From a virus (Duplodnaviria > Caudoviricetes), in the IMG/VR virus record IMGVR_UViG_3300049563_000052, positions 1-64,000 of that record: a stretch of 64,000 nucleotides of DNA. The stretch is one strand, 5' to 3'. Below the pieces are notes generated by a model. The model was not told the origin of the DNA, ran no database searches, and worked only from the letters and a program-made list of their open reading frames with translations. How positions within the stretch are numbered: position 1 is the first letter of the stretch; each line of letters starts with the position of its first letter. Positions 8,881 to 17,412 of this stretch are shown one piece after another. A program made the translations under genes and the position numbers.

Positions 8881-9186
8881 TCAACCGTCCGAAGTGGACG
8901 CCGCGTCCGGGTCCAGGTCATTCGCCCACTCGGCGATCGACACCTCTTGCGCGCACGCCCAGCGCTCCATCTGCCCCGCCCAGAACTCCAGATAGAGCCC
9001 CATCCAGCGCAGCGCCACCGGATCCAGGTCGAACCGCTGCGCGCTGCCCCGCACCCCCGCCGACAACCCCTCCAACACCGCCGCCACCCGCGGCATCGGG
9101 GAGCTGCCCTCCGGAATCTCCCAATGCCGGGCCAGGTCCTTGATCCGGGCCGCGTTCTCTTCGATCTCCCGCTCGCGCTCGTCCAC
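8881..9186 (-). CDS. Hypothetical protein, probably leaderless
   Basis: TACGCT 6 nt before GTG. Confidence 0.6.
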   Translation of the reverse strand: MDEREREIEENAARIKDLARHWEIPEGSSPMPRVAAVLEGLSAGVRGSAQRFDLDPVALRWMGLYLEFWAGQMERWACAQEVSIAEWANDLDPDAASTSDG

Positions 9187-9201
9187 CCCGCAAGCGTATC
9201 C

Positions 9202-9220
9202 CCGCGCGCCGGGCGCGCAT
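9202..9220. promoter_or_regulatory. 19-bp palindrome between divergent -10-like boxes
   Basis: TACGCT leftward, TACGGT rightward. Confidence 0.75.
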
Positions 9221-9261
9221 GCTACGGTCGGGCTCCCACCACGAAACCGGGAGACACCGTC

Positions 9262-9555
9262 ATGGACACCTGGACGCCGCCCGCGGACGCGCTCCGCACC
9301 CACGCCGGAGACCTCAAGCACATCTGCAACGGCGACAACCCGGCCGGGCTGCCGTTCGGCAAGCTCGCCCCCGAAGGCACCTGCCCGCGCTGCGACGAGC
9401 GCCGCCACGGCGCCCCGCCCCGTCCCCGCTTCGGCGGCAGGCTCACCGCCGCCCAGCGCGACGCCCAGGCATGCGCCGACATCGCCGCGCACCACGCGTC
9501 CGCCCGGCACCGCTCCGGCGGCTGCGGCCTCGTCTGCACGTTCGGGGACTGGTGA
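9262..9555 (+). CDS. Cys/His-rich phage protein ending VCTFGDW
   Basis: CPRC, HxxxxRH..CTFGDW; RBS GGGAG. Confidence 0.65.
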   Translation: MDTWTPPADALRTHAGDLKHICNGDNPAGLPFGKLAPEGTCPRCDERRHGAPPRPRFGGRLTAAQRDAQACADIAAHHASARHRSGGCGLVCTFGDW

Positions 9556-10436
9556 GCATGAGCCACGACACCCTCGAAGCCGGGTTCGAGCCCACCGAGC
9601 TCGTCACCGCCATCCGCGCCAGCGCCGCCAAGCTCGACGCCCCGCCGACCCGCCGAGACATCACCGCGGACTGGTGGGACCGGCACCGCCCGACCCGGCG
9701 CGGCGTCGCGATCGGCTGCATCCTCGCGCTGCTCATCGTCATCGGGCTCGCCGCCGCCGCACTGTCCTTCGCGTCCATCGCCGGGCTCGCCATCCAATGC
9801 GGCATCCCGCCGGAGCTGGCCTGGCTGCTGCCCATCGTCATCGACGCCGGAGTCGTCGCGGGCACCATCGTGTGGCTGTCCCGGCGGCTGTTCCCCAACG
9901 AGGACGCGCGCCGCCTCGCCGCCGGGTACACGGTGAGCCTGCTCGTCGTGTCCATCGCCGCGAACGTCACCAACCACGTCCTCGCCGTCGAACATCTGTC
10001 CGCGTCCCTGTGGGTCATCATCCCGGTGTCCGCGATCGCGCCCGCGACCGTGTTCGTGATCGTGCACCTCGCGGTGACCGCGCTGCGCCCGGCGCGTCTC
10101 CCCGTCGCGGACCGCGGACACGAGGACAGTGCGAACACGGGAGCAGAGGACAGCGACACCCACGGGGACGCGGACGCGGACACGCACGAGAGGGACGCGG
10201 ACATGGGCGCCGACACGGACGCGGACGGCTACACCGCGCGGGTCCGCGCGGACGCCGCCGCCGCCGGGATCGAGCTGCCGCCCGCCCCGCCCGGCGAAAT
10301 CCGCAGCGACCGGCGCAAGCGACTCGCTCGCGAACGCAAGCGAGTCCAGCGCGCGATCGCCGCGCTCGACGCCACGCTCGTGGACGCCGCCCGCCGGGGC
10401 AGTCAGGCGCCGGACGACGTCCTCGCCGGGGGCTGA
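9552..10436 (+). CDS. DUF2637 / Spd-like plasmid-spread membrane protein
   Basis: Four TM segments; LSFASIAGLA..G..LAWLLPIVIDAG; SIAANVTNH. Confidence 0.7.
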   Translation: MSMSHDTLEAGFEPTELVTAIRASAAKLDAPPTRRDITADWWDRHRPTRRGVAIGCILALLIVIGLAAAALSFASIAGLAIQCGIPPELAWLLPIVIDAGVVAGTIVWLSRRLFPNEDARRLAAGYTVSLLVVSIAANVTNHVLAVEHLSASLWVIIPVSAIAPATVFVIVHLAVTALRPARLPVADRGHEDSANTGAEDSDTHGDADADTHERDADMGADTDADGYTARVRADAAAAGIELPPAPPGEIRSDRRKRLARERKRVQRAIAALDATLVDAARRGSQAPDDVLAGG

Positions 10437-10654
10437 TGGCCCGTCGCCGGTGGTCGGCCGTGCTCGTCGTGGCGGTCGGCATCGGCGGCTGGCTGCCCGC
10501 GGTGGTGCTCATCTGGCACTTCGCGCCGCCGCTGTGGGCGTGGCTGCTGGGCCACGCGAGCACGGTCTGTGTCGTGTTAGCCGTGCTCATGCTGGCCGTG
10601 GCCGCGTTCGGCTGGCCTACCTGCAAGAACCGGCGAAATCCCCCTATGCGGTGA
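10436..10654 (+). CDS. Small 2-TM membrane protein
   Basis: TGATG coupling; hydrophobic. Confidence 0.6.
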   Translation: MARRRWSAVLVVAVGIGGWLPAVVLIWHFAPPLWAWLLGHASTVCVVLAVLMLAVAAFGWPTCKNRRNPPMR

Positions 10655-10778
10655 CCGTGCGCACGGTCGGGTGACCGTCGGGGCCGTGCCGGGCAGGTCA
10701 GCCGGGGTGCACGGTCCGTCGCGGAGATCCACAGCTGCACGGTTGCACGGTCTGCCCGCACGGTCTCCTGACACGGTC
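10560..10778 (+). repeat. Seven direct 8-bp repeats GCACGGTC (candidate clt/TRS)
   Basis: Copies at 10560, 10661, 10709, 10737 (T at last base), 10745, 10758, 10771 (A at first base); one inverted copy at 10653. Confidence 0.7.
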
Positions 10779-10796
10779 CGTGCACCCCTCTCGCCA

Positions 10797-10815
10797 ATGC
10801 GCGCCAGGCGCGCGT
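10797..10815. promoter_or_regulatory. 19-bp palindrome variant running into TAGCGT
   Basis: atgcgcgcc a ggcgcgcgt. Confidence 0.75.
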
Positions 10816-10851
10816 AGCGTGGCGCTACCCACCACGAAGGGTCCCTCCGCC

Positions 10852-11727
10852 ATGGCTGTCATTGATCGCCCCCTGTCTGTCAATCCCGTCTTGACATCCG
10901 CGCCCCGACGAGCGCTGCCGCTGACACCGCTGCTACCGCTGGCCGAGGAGCTGTGGTGGATCGTGCGGTTCGCCGCGCTGCTGCTGTGGCTGACGTTGCG
11001 GTTCGGGTACCGGCAGGCGCGCCGGATCCCGGGGGCGGTGTTGCCGCCGCTGGGCGCGGTCGCGCTGTGCGGCTACATGGCGGTGCGCGCGGTGTCCGGG
11101 TATCTCGCGGACCCGCGTCCGCTCGTGGCCGTGTTCCTCGCGCCGGTGGTCGTGGTGGTCGGGTTCGCCCTGTTCTGCGCGTGGACATGCTCCGGGCTCG
11201 CCCCGGTCACCTACCGCGGTCCGCACGGCTCCATGACGGTGCGCCGCACCATCACCGGCAAGACGGAGCTGACCGCCCGCTACGTGAAGACCAAGCCCAA
11301 GCCGAAGCCCAAGAAGTTCTGCACCCCGAAGTCCACCGCCGTGCATGAGGGTGGACACGCCGCCGCCATCGAAGCGTGCGGGGGGACGATCGTGGGGGCC
11401 GCCGCCTTCTCCGACGGGTCCGGCTGGTGCAAGGGGCGGCTGCCGCGGATGGGCACGCTGCGGCACCGGGTCATCAACTACATGAGCGTCATGGTGGCCG
11501 GGGAGGTCGCGACCGGCTCCAAGTCCGGCTGCGGACACGATCAGTACTGGGCGACGTGGGCGGCGGAGAAGCTGCCCAAGAAGGACCGGTCGATGGCGTG
11601 GTCGCGGTGCTACTCGATGGCCCGCTGGGCGCAGTCCACGCACCGGGCGACGGCCGCCCGGGTTCGGGACGCGTTGCTGCGCACCGGCAGGTACCACGGG
11701 GCGGGCGGTTCGCAGCACTACCTGTGA
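10852..11727 (+). CDS. Membrane-anchored HExxH zinc metallopeptidase (M41/M50B-like)
   Basis: TAVHEGGHA, VAGEVA, GCGHD; N-terminal TM segments. Confidence 0.65.
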   Translation: MAVIDRPLSVNPVLTSAPRRALPLTPLLPLAEELWWIVRFAALLLWLTLRFGYRQARRIPGAVLPPLGAVALCGYMAVRAVSGYLADPRPLVAVFLAPVVVVVGFALFCAWTCSGLAPVTYRGPHGSMTVRRTITGKTELTARYVKTKPKPKPKKFCTPKSTAVHEGGHAAAIEACGGTIVGAAAFSDGSGWCKGRLPRMGTLRHRVINYMSVMVAGEVATGSKSGCGHDQYWATWAAEKLPKKDRSMAWSRCYSMARWAQSTHRATAARVRDALLRTGRYHGAGGSQHYL

Positions 11728-11734
11728 ACGGTGG

Positions 11735-11782
11735 GTGTTGGGTGCCCAACACTCCGTAGCCGTATGCGCGCCGGGCGCGCAC
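11735..11782. promoter_or_regulatory. GTGTTGGG-TG-CCCAACAC palindrome plus 19-bp palindrome
   Basis: 11735-11752 and 11764-11782; same pairing recurs at 12278-12337. Confidence 0.7.
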
Positions 11783-11792
11783 CGTAGGGGGC

Positions 11793-12053
11793 ATGACTGA
11801 CGCGCCCGCCGCCCCCACCAAGTACGCGCTGATCAAAGCGGAGACCCTCCGCGGCGAGCGCGTCTACACCGTGCTGATCAAGATGTCGGACGACTTCCGG
11901 CGCTGGCCCTACCGGGAGGACTACCGCCGGTACGCCACCCGCAAGGAGGCCGCCGCCGCCGCGGAGCTGACCGGGGCGGTGCTGCTGCGCCGGTGGTGTG
12001 ACGCGGTGCTGACCGCCGCGGAGTCCGCCGCGCAGTACGGCGGGCAGGCGTGA
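11793..12053 (+). CDS. Hypothetical protein, leaderless
   Basis: ATG follows the palindrome and a CACCGT box. Confidence 0.6.
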   Translation: MTDAPAAPTKYALIKAETLRGERVYTVLIKMSDDFRRWPYREDYRRYATRKEAAAAAELTGAVLLRRWCDAVLTAAESAAQYGGQA

Positions 12054-12274
12054 GCGTCACCGTCTTGGTCGCGGAGCTGCCGCGGCCGGTGCGCCGCGCG
12101 ACCATGCAGCTGATCGAGCGGGCCGTGATCATCGCCTACGCGGACGGCACGTTCCACGTCGCGGATCCGGCCGCCCGGCGCGGCTCCGACCGGATGGGCG
12201 CGAACGTGCCGGACATGCCCGCGCTGTGGGCGTGGTGCGTGCAGACGGCGCGGCTGAACGCCCGGTTGGAGTGA
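12050..12274 (+). CDS. Hypothetical protein
   Basis: GTGA coupling. Confidence 0.5.
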   Translation: MSVTVLVAELPRPVRRATMQLIERAVIIAYADGTFHVADPAARRGSDRMGANVPDMPALWAWCVQTARLNARLE

Positions 12275-12277
12275 CCG

Positions 12278-12340
12278 GTGTTGGGTGCGCAACATTCCAC
12301 CCCCTCAACCGTAGCTAGATGCGCGCCGGGCGCGCATACT
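12278..12340. promoter_or_regulatory. Second GTGTTG palindrome plus perfect 19-bp palindrome merged with CATACT
   Basis: gtgttgggtgcgcaacat; atgcgcgccgggcgcgcatact, then 6 nt to ATG. Confidence 0.8.
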
Positions 12341-12346
12341 AGGGAC

Positions 12347-12655
12347 ATGACCGACACCGCGCCCGCCGCCCCTCTCGCCGCCGTCCCCGCCCGCAAGCGC
12401 CCCGTGCGCATCCGCGAGGCCCGGGAGTACGGCGGCTTCGTGCGGCGCGCGATCCGCGGCCTGTCCGCCCGCGCCGAGCACGAAGACGCCGCCGCGGTGC
12501 TGTCCGAGCTCGTCACCGCGTCCACCGCGCTGGACGCCGCGCTGCGGGATGCCGTCGACCGGCTGCGCGCGCAGGGCTACAGCTGGGCCGAGATCGGCGC
12601 CCTGCTCAACACCTCCCGCCAGGGCGCGCAGCAGCGCTTCGGCCGGGCCCGCTGA
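12347..12655 (+). CDS. HTH DNA-binding protein
   Basis: LRAQGYSWAEIGALLNTSRQGAQQRFG. Confidence 0.8.
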   Translation: MTDTAPAAPLAAVPARKRPVRIREAREYGGFVRRAIRGLSARAEHEDAAAVLSELVTASTALDAALRDAVDRLRAQGYSWAEIGALLNTSRQGAQQRFGRAR

Positions 12656-12657
12656 CC

Positions 12658-12676
12658 GTGCGCGCCGGGCGCGCAG
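12658..12676. promoter_or_regulatory. 19-bp palindrome variant with TACCGT
   Basis: gtgcgcgcc g ggcgcgcag. Confidence 0.7.
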
Positions 12677-12711
12677 GTACCGTCACCCCCACCACGAAGG
12701 AGCACCAGAGC

Positions 12712-13026
12712 ATGAGCACCGCCACCACCGACGACATCCGCGCCGCGCGGCTGTTCGCCGACACGTACGCGCCCGAGCACGCCCGCCTGGTCGTCAGCCT
12801 GGTCCTGGACGGCTTCCACCCGTCGGAGTCGGAGCTGTGGCGGCGGGGCGAGCAGGGCTGGGCGGTGGTCGCGTTCGACGACCTGCACGTCTACGTCCGG
12901 GCGTACGAGTTCGCCCCGCGCGTCGGTCGGCGTCCCGGCGGCGGGCCCGGGAATCAGCAGTGGCAGGCCGTGTTCGTGCAGGCGCCCTTGCAGGTCGTGC
13001 GCGCCGCCGCCGCGGCGGTGAAGTGA
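12712..13026 (+). CDS. Hypothetical protein
   Basis: CCCACCACGAAGGAG leader. Confidence 0.65.
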   Translation: MSTATTDDIRAARLFADTYAPEHARLVVSLVLDGFHPSESELWRRGEQGWAVVAFDDLHVYVRAYEFAPRVGRRPGGGPGNQQWQAVFVQAPLQVVRAAAAAVK

Positions 13027-13340
13027 TGCCCCGCCGCGCCAAGCGCACTGTGCACTTCCGGGAGATCACCCGGTACCGCGACGTCGGCACGGTGTTGTAC
13101 GCCGTGGAGATCCGGCAGGGCCGCACGTCGTGGACGATCGGGCGCGTGTTCGGCGGGGGGCGCCACTGGGAGGGCCTGGCCGTGAACGGCGCGGCGTGGT
13201 CCCGGCGGCACCCCACCCGCATCGCCGCGACGTACGCGCTCGCCTACCACGAAGACTGGCGCGACGAAGAGACCTTTATCCGCTCGTGCGCCCCGGCCCT
13301 GTCTGGGGAACTGCTGCACGCCATCCACGGGGGGGAGTAG
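13026..13340 (+). CDS. Hypothetical protein
   Basis: TGATG coupling. Confidence 0.55.
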   Translation: MPRRAKRTVHFREITRYRDVGTVLYAVEIRQGRTSWTIGRVFGGGRHWEGLAVNGAAWSRRHPTRIAATYALAYHEDWRDEETFIRSCAPALSGELLHAIHGGE

Positions 13341-13345
13341 CACTG

Positions 13346-13570
13346 ATGGCCGACCGCAACCTCTTCAACCGGCGCGTTTTCGACCGCTACTCCGTGGGCG
13401 TCATCGACTTGTCCGAGACCGGCGACGGCTACCTGGAGATCACCGTCGATGAGCAGCCCAGCGGAATCGCCGCGGCGGTGGTCACGCTCCAGCTGTCCCG
13501 CCGCAAGGTGCGGGAGCTGCGGCTGGCGCTGGGCCACGTCGAGAAGCTGCTACCCGAGGAGATGACCTGA
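13346..13570 (+). CDS. Hypothetical protein
   Basis: GGGGAG RBS. Confidence 0.55.
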   Translation: MADRNLFNRRVFDRYSVGVIDLSETGDGYLEITVDEQPSGIAAAVVTLQLSRRKVRELRLALGHVEKLLPEEMT

Positions 13571-13571
13571 C

Positions 13572-13835
13572 ATGGCCTACCTGATGGCGTACGGGAAGTG
13601 CTTCGGCTGCGGGCGGATCTTCGGGTTCAACCCGGACCTCGTGCCCGCGCTGCGGGTGCGCTGGGTGCCCGACCCCGACGACCCGGACGGGGGCGGCGAC
13701 TGGGTCGACGACGCGGACGCGGACCCGCAGCCGCTCTGCGGGGTGTGCGTCACAGTGGCCAACCCGCAGCGCACCCGCAACGGGCTGGCCCCGATTCCCG
13801 TGCCGCCCGGCGCCTACGAGCCCGGGGAGGCGTGA
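13572..13835 (+). CDS. CxxC..CxxC Zn-binding protein (paralogue of 52063-52380)
   Basis: CFGC..F.FNP..VP..PLCGVC...AN..R. Confidence 0.6.
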   Translation: MAYLMAYGKCFGCGRIFGFNPDLVPALRVRWVPDPDDPDGGGDWVDDADADPQPLCGVCVTVANPQRTRNGLAPIPVPPGAYEPGEA

Positions 13836-14179
13836 TGCCCACCAAGCCGTCACCGTGGGACCGGCTGTACGCCGGGGACAAGTACGAGCCGGGCGCGACC
13901 GGGTGGATGGTCGGGCACACCGCCACGATGCCGTCCGGGCGGGTGTCTACCGCGTGGTGGTTCGGCCCGGCGCACGGGTGGGGCACCACCTACGGGGGGC
14001 TCGGCGAGCACACCGGCGCCCGCGTGTGGCGCACCAAGGCGCAGGCCGAAGCCGCGATCCGCCGCGTGTACCGCTCGCTGGCCCACGCGGAGGTCACCGG
14101 GCACCGGGCGATGCGCGTCGCGGACGCCGAAAGCCTCGCCCGCATACAGCAGCAGCAGCCGACGAAGGAGAGGCCGTGA
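13835..14179 (+). CDS. Hypothetical protein
   Basis: TGATG coupling, GGAGG RBS. Confidence 0.55.
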   Translation: MPTKPSPWDRLYAGDKYEPGATGWMVGHTATMPSGRVSTAWWFGPAHGWGTTYGGLGEHTGARVWRTKAQAEAAIRRVYRSLAHAEVTGHRAMRVADAESLARIQQQQPTKERP

Positions 14180-14388
14180 CCGTCCCCGACCCGCTGCCCC
14201 CGTTCAGCTCCCTACCCGGCAACAAGGTGACCCCGTCGCTGCTGGCGATGGCCGCGCTCCAGGTCTCCGACCTCGACCCGATGTACATGACCATGGGCGA
14301 CGAGCTGGCGTTGCAGATCGCCTACGAGTCGCTGCGCGCCCTGCTCAACCGGCACACCGCCACCCCACGCACCGGGGGGCCGCGATGA
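14176..14388 (+). CDS. Hypothetical protein
   Basis: AAGGAG RBS, GTGA coupling. Confidence 0.55.
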   Translation: MTVPDPLPPFSSLPGNKVTPSLLAMAALQVSDLDPMYMTMGDELALQIAYESLRALLNRHTATPRTGGPR

Positions 14389-14699
14389 GCAGCCCCCGGG
14401 TGCACGTCCTCAAGGTCGGCCCGCCGTATTTCGCCGCGGTCGACGAGGGCCGTAAGACGTTCGAGATCCGCCGCGACGACCGCGACTACCGCGTCGGCGA
14501 TCTGCTGCTGTTGAGCGAATACCTGGCCGACTGGGATGAGTACACCGGCCGCACCTGCGAGCGGCGCGTGACCTACGTGCTGCCCGGCGGCCAGTTCGGG
14601 TTGGCCGACGACTACGTCTGCATGGCGCTGGTCGCGGAGCCACCCCGCACGGCTGCCCGCGCGATGGTGGCGACCGCCCGCCGACCGGAGCCGTCATGA
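14385..14699 (+). CDS. ASCH/PUA-domain protein (DUF3850)
   Basis: HVLK..PPYF.AV.EG.KTFEIR.DDRDYRVGD.LLL.EY. Confidence 0.85.
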   Translation: MSSPRVHVLKVGPPYFAAVDEGRKTFEIRRDDRDYRVGDLLLLSEYLADWDEYTGRTCERRVTYVLPGGQFGLADDYVCMALVAEPPRTAARAMVATARRPEPS

Positions 14700-15022
14700 C
14701 CGCCCCGCCGCGCGCCGATGAGATCGCCGCCGCGCAGGTCGGGCGGGCGATGGGGCTGGCCGTGCTGTCCGGGCTGACCGGCGCGTTCGCCGCGCTCTCC
14801 GCCGTCGGCACCGTGCCGTGGTGGGCCTACCCGCTGGCGCTGTTCCTGGCCGCTTGGGCGGTGTGCTGCGTGATGATGTTCCGGGTGCTGCTGCCGATGA
14901 TGATCGCCGAGCTGCGCAAGCCGTACCGGCCCCGGATCAGCCGCCGCGCGTGCCGCTGCGCACACTTCGAGACCCCCCGACCCGATCACGAGCCGGGGCC
15001 CACCACGAGAACGGAACCCTGA
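14696..15022 (+). CDS. 2-TM membrane protein
   Basis: ATGA coupling; hydrophobic. Confidence 0.55.
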   Translation: MTAPPRADEIAAAQVGRAMGLAVLSGLTGAFAALSAVGTVPWWAYPLALFLAAWAVCCVMMFRVLLPMMIAELRKPYRPRISRRACRCAHFETPRPDHEPGPTTRTEP

Positions 15023-15399
15023 TGCTGACGTCGATCACCATCCGGGGGGAGCAGGTCCGCCCCCCCGACCCCACGCGGCGGCCGGGGCCGCCGCCCAGCG
15101 ACAGCCTGGGCGCGCCCACCGATGCCGCGATGCGCCGCGCCACGGAGTACGCCTACCAGCTGGCGATGGCGCTGGACAACCAGCTGTGGGTCATCGAGTA
15201 CCTGGCCGCCGGGCGGCTGTGCGACGCCGACCTGGGCCACGGTTACAGCGCCCGCGCCGACCACGTCCGCAGTGACGCGCGGGACCTCCACCTCACCACC
15301 GGGCATCTCCGCGACGCCCTGCGGCGGCTCGACAAGGCGGCCGGGGCCCGCACCCGCTGGGGGCTGCCCGCCTCCGGCCGCCCGGCGGTGACCCGATGA
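15022..15399 (+). CDS. Hypothetical protein
   Basis: TGATG coupling. Confidence 0.5.
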   Translation: MLTSITIRGEQVRPPDPTRRPGPPPSDSLGAPTDAAMRRATEYAYQLAMALDNQLWVIEYLAAGRLCDADLGHGYSARADHVRSDARDLHLTTGHLRDALRRLDKAAGARTRWGLPASGRPAVTR

Positions 15400-15698
15400 C
15401 CGGGCCCCGGAAGCGGCGCCCCTGCGCGTGTGACCGGTTCGCCGACTTCGGCTGCGGGGAGATGATCCCCGACAACCAGAACTGGGCGCCCGGCCACGCC
15501 GAGCGCATGTTGGGGCGGCTGGTCGATCTGCTCCGGGCGGCCGGGGACACCCCGTCCGTGGCGGTGTGGGTCAACCCGATCACCGCCCTGGACTTGGTGA
15601 GCCCGCGCATGGCTGCGCAATTACGCGCAGAGTTCACCGGCGGCCCGGCCGCGGGTGCGCAGCTGCGCGCACTCCCCGGCGAGGAGGCGACGGGGTGA
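15396..15698 (+). CDS. Hypothetical protein
   Basis: ATGA coupling; C.C..GCG..WAPGH. Confidence 0.55.
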   Translation: MTGPRKRRPCACDRFADFGCGEMIPDNQNWAPGHAERMLGRLVDLLRAAGDTPSVAVWVNPITALDLVSPRMAAQLRAEFTGGPAAGAQLRALPGEEATG

Positions 15699-15940
15699 AG
15701 ACCATCGCCCGCTCGTCCACCCGGAAGATCGCCGCGATCATGAAGCGGAACCCGACCTGCGAGATGTTCAGCCTGCGGAACAACTTCACACCGCAGGATG
15801 TCGACCCGGCCTGGGCGTGGGGGGAGCTGGACCGGTTCGACTTCGCCCGGCTCATCGAGATCGACGACAACACGTGGCAGATCACCGTGCACAGCAACCT
15901 CTGGTACAAGCTGCGCGCCGCACCCCGGGCGCCGGGGTGA
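15695..15940 (+). CDS. Hypothetical protein
   Basis: GGAGG RBS, GTGA coupling. Confidence 0.55.
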   Translation: MKTIARSSTRKIAAIMKRNPTCEMFSLRNNFTPQDVDPAWAWGELDRFDFARLIEIDDNTWQITVHSNLWYKLRAAPRAPG

Positions 15941-16098
15941 CCCGGCTCGTCGTCCTCGGCGTCGCCGGGATGCTCGCCCTGTGGCTGGCCGGCGTGATCG
16001 GGGGGACGGCGCCGTCGGCGATGACCGCGGCGATCGCCCTCGGCGCCGTGTCGGGGCTCAGCCTCGGCGCCGCCATCGACCATCGGCGACACCGGTGA
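15937..16098 (+). CDS. Small 2-TM protein
   Basis: GTGA coupling; hydrophobic. Confidence 0.5.
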   Translation: MTRLVVLGVAGMLALWLAGVIGGTAPSAMTAAIALGAVSGLSLGAAIDHRRHR

Positions 16099-16370
16099 GT
16101 AGGCGCCCGCAGCTGTGGACCGAACGGTGCCCGACGTGCGTGTTCTGGCCGGGGAACCGGATGCGGCTGGCCCCCGGCAGGCTCGCCGACCTGATCGCCA
16201 CCAACCGCGCCACCGGCTCGCTGCTCATCTGCCACGACACCACCCACGGCGCCCGCCCGGAGGGCCCGGTGATGTGCCGCGGCTACTGGGACGCCTACGC
16301 CGAAGAGTCCGCGGTCGCGCAGATCATGGAGCAGCTGTTCGGGCCGGACTGGTACGAGGAGGTTTCGTGA
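16095..16370 (+). CDS. Cys/His metal-binding phage protein
   Basis: CPTCVF..ICHDT..MCRGY. Confidence 0.6.
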   Translation: MSRRPQLWTERCPTCVFWPGNRMRLAPGRLADLIATNRATGSLLICHDTTHGARPEGPVMCRGYWDAYAEESAVAQIMEQLFGPDWYEEVS

Positions 16371-17008
16371 TCCCGAAATGGCTGTGGCGGACCGCGCCGG
16401 GCGTGCGGCGGCTGCTGCGACCGGCCGACCCCGCCATCCGCGAGATCGCCCGGTTCCTGGTCGCCCCGGATCCGCGCATCCACGCCCTGTCCCTGGAGCG
16501 GGACGCGGCGGATAAGCGGCGGGCGCAGTTGGAGCGCCGCGCCGGGGCGGCGGAGCGCCGCGCCAAGGCCGCCGAGGACGCCTTGGCGGCCGGGTCGGCC
16601 CCGGCCCCGGCGCTGCGCGCGGCGGCCCAAGAGATCCGGGGGCTGAAAGCGGCGCTGCGCGGGCTGCGCGCCGACGTCAAACAGGCGTACGAGCCGGTCG
16701 AGGTGGGCAGCTGCCGCAAGGTCCGCTATCTGCACGCCGAGGACGCCCGACGGCACGCCGCGCACGTGGCGTCCCGGTTCCCCGGCGACGTGTTCAACAT
16801 CTACCGGTGCCGGGTGTGCCCCCGCTACGTGTCGCCGTGGAACGTGCCGCCCTGGCACGTCGGGCACACCGTCTCCGACGACACGCCCGGGGCGACCTGG
16901 GTAGACGAGGACGGGCTGCTGCACCAGCCCGGTCTGCCCGCGGGGCCGCCCGTCGCGGACCCGGCCCCGCGCCGCGACCTGGAGTTGCGGGCATGGTTAC
17001 GCCGATGA
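16367..17008 (+). CDS. Coiled-coil plus Zn-finger-like phage protein
   Basis: CRKVRY..YRCRVC..WHVGH. Confidence 0.6.
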   Translation: MIPKWLWRTAPGVRRLLRPADPAIREIARFLVAPDPRIHALSLERDAADKRRAQLERRAGAAERRAKAAEDALAAGSAPAPALRAAAQEIRGLKAALRGLRADVKQAYEPVEVGSCRKVRYLHAEDARRHAAHVASRFPGDVFNIYRCRVCPRYVSPWNVPPWHVGHTVSDDTPGATWVDEDGLLHQPGLPAGPPVADPAPRRDLELRAWLRR

Positions 17009-17256
17009 GACCCGGACAGCACAGCCCACCGTCCCGCCCGATGCCGCCGCCGACCTGGACCCCGCCACCCCCACCGCCCCCGGCGCTGCCGCAATGGCTG
17101 TGCTGCATCTGCGCGGCGATCGTCGGGGGGCGGGCGGTCCCGGCCCGCTGCCTCGTCGGCGGGGACACGGTGTGCCTGGATCACCTCATCCTGCGGGCCG
17201 AATCAGCGTCGCTGAGCGAGGCCCTCGCGACCGCCCGCGCCGACCTGGCCCCCTGA
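17005..17256 (+). CDS. Hypothetical Pro-rich/Cys protein
   Basis: ATGA coupling; CCIC..CLDH. Confidence 0.45.
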   Translation: MRPGQHSPPSRPMPPPTWTPPPPPPPALPQWLCCICAAIVGGRAVPARCLVGGDTVCLDHLILRAESASLSEALATARADLAP

Positions 17257-17412
17257 CCCGCAACCGCCCGGCCGCTGTCAAGACGGGGTTGACACCCCAC
17301 CCGGGGCCCGAGGTGTGAGCGCCCACAAAACAGCCCCGGGCGGGGCGCACGGGGACGAGCCTCGTGCCCCACGCGCGGGACCCGCCCCCGATGGGGCACG
17401 GTAGAGCCGAGA

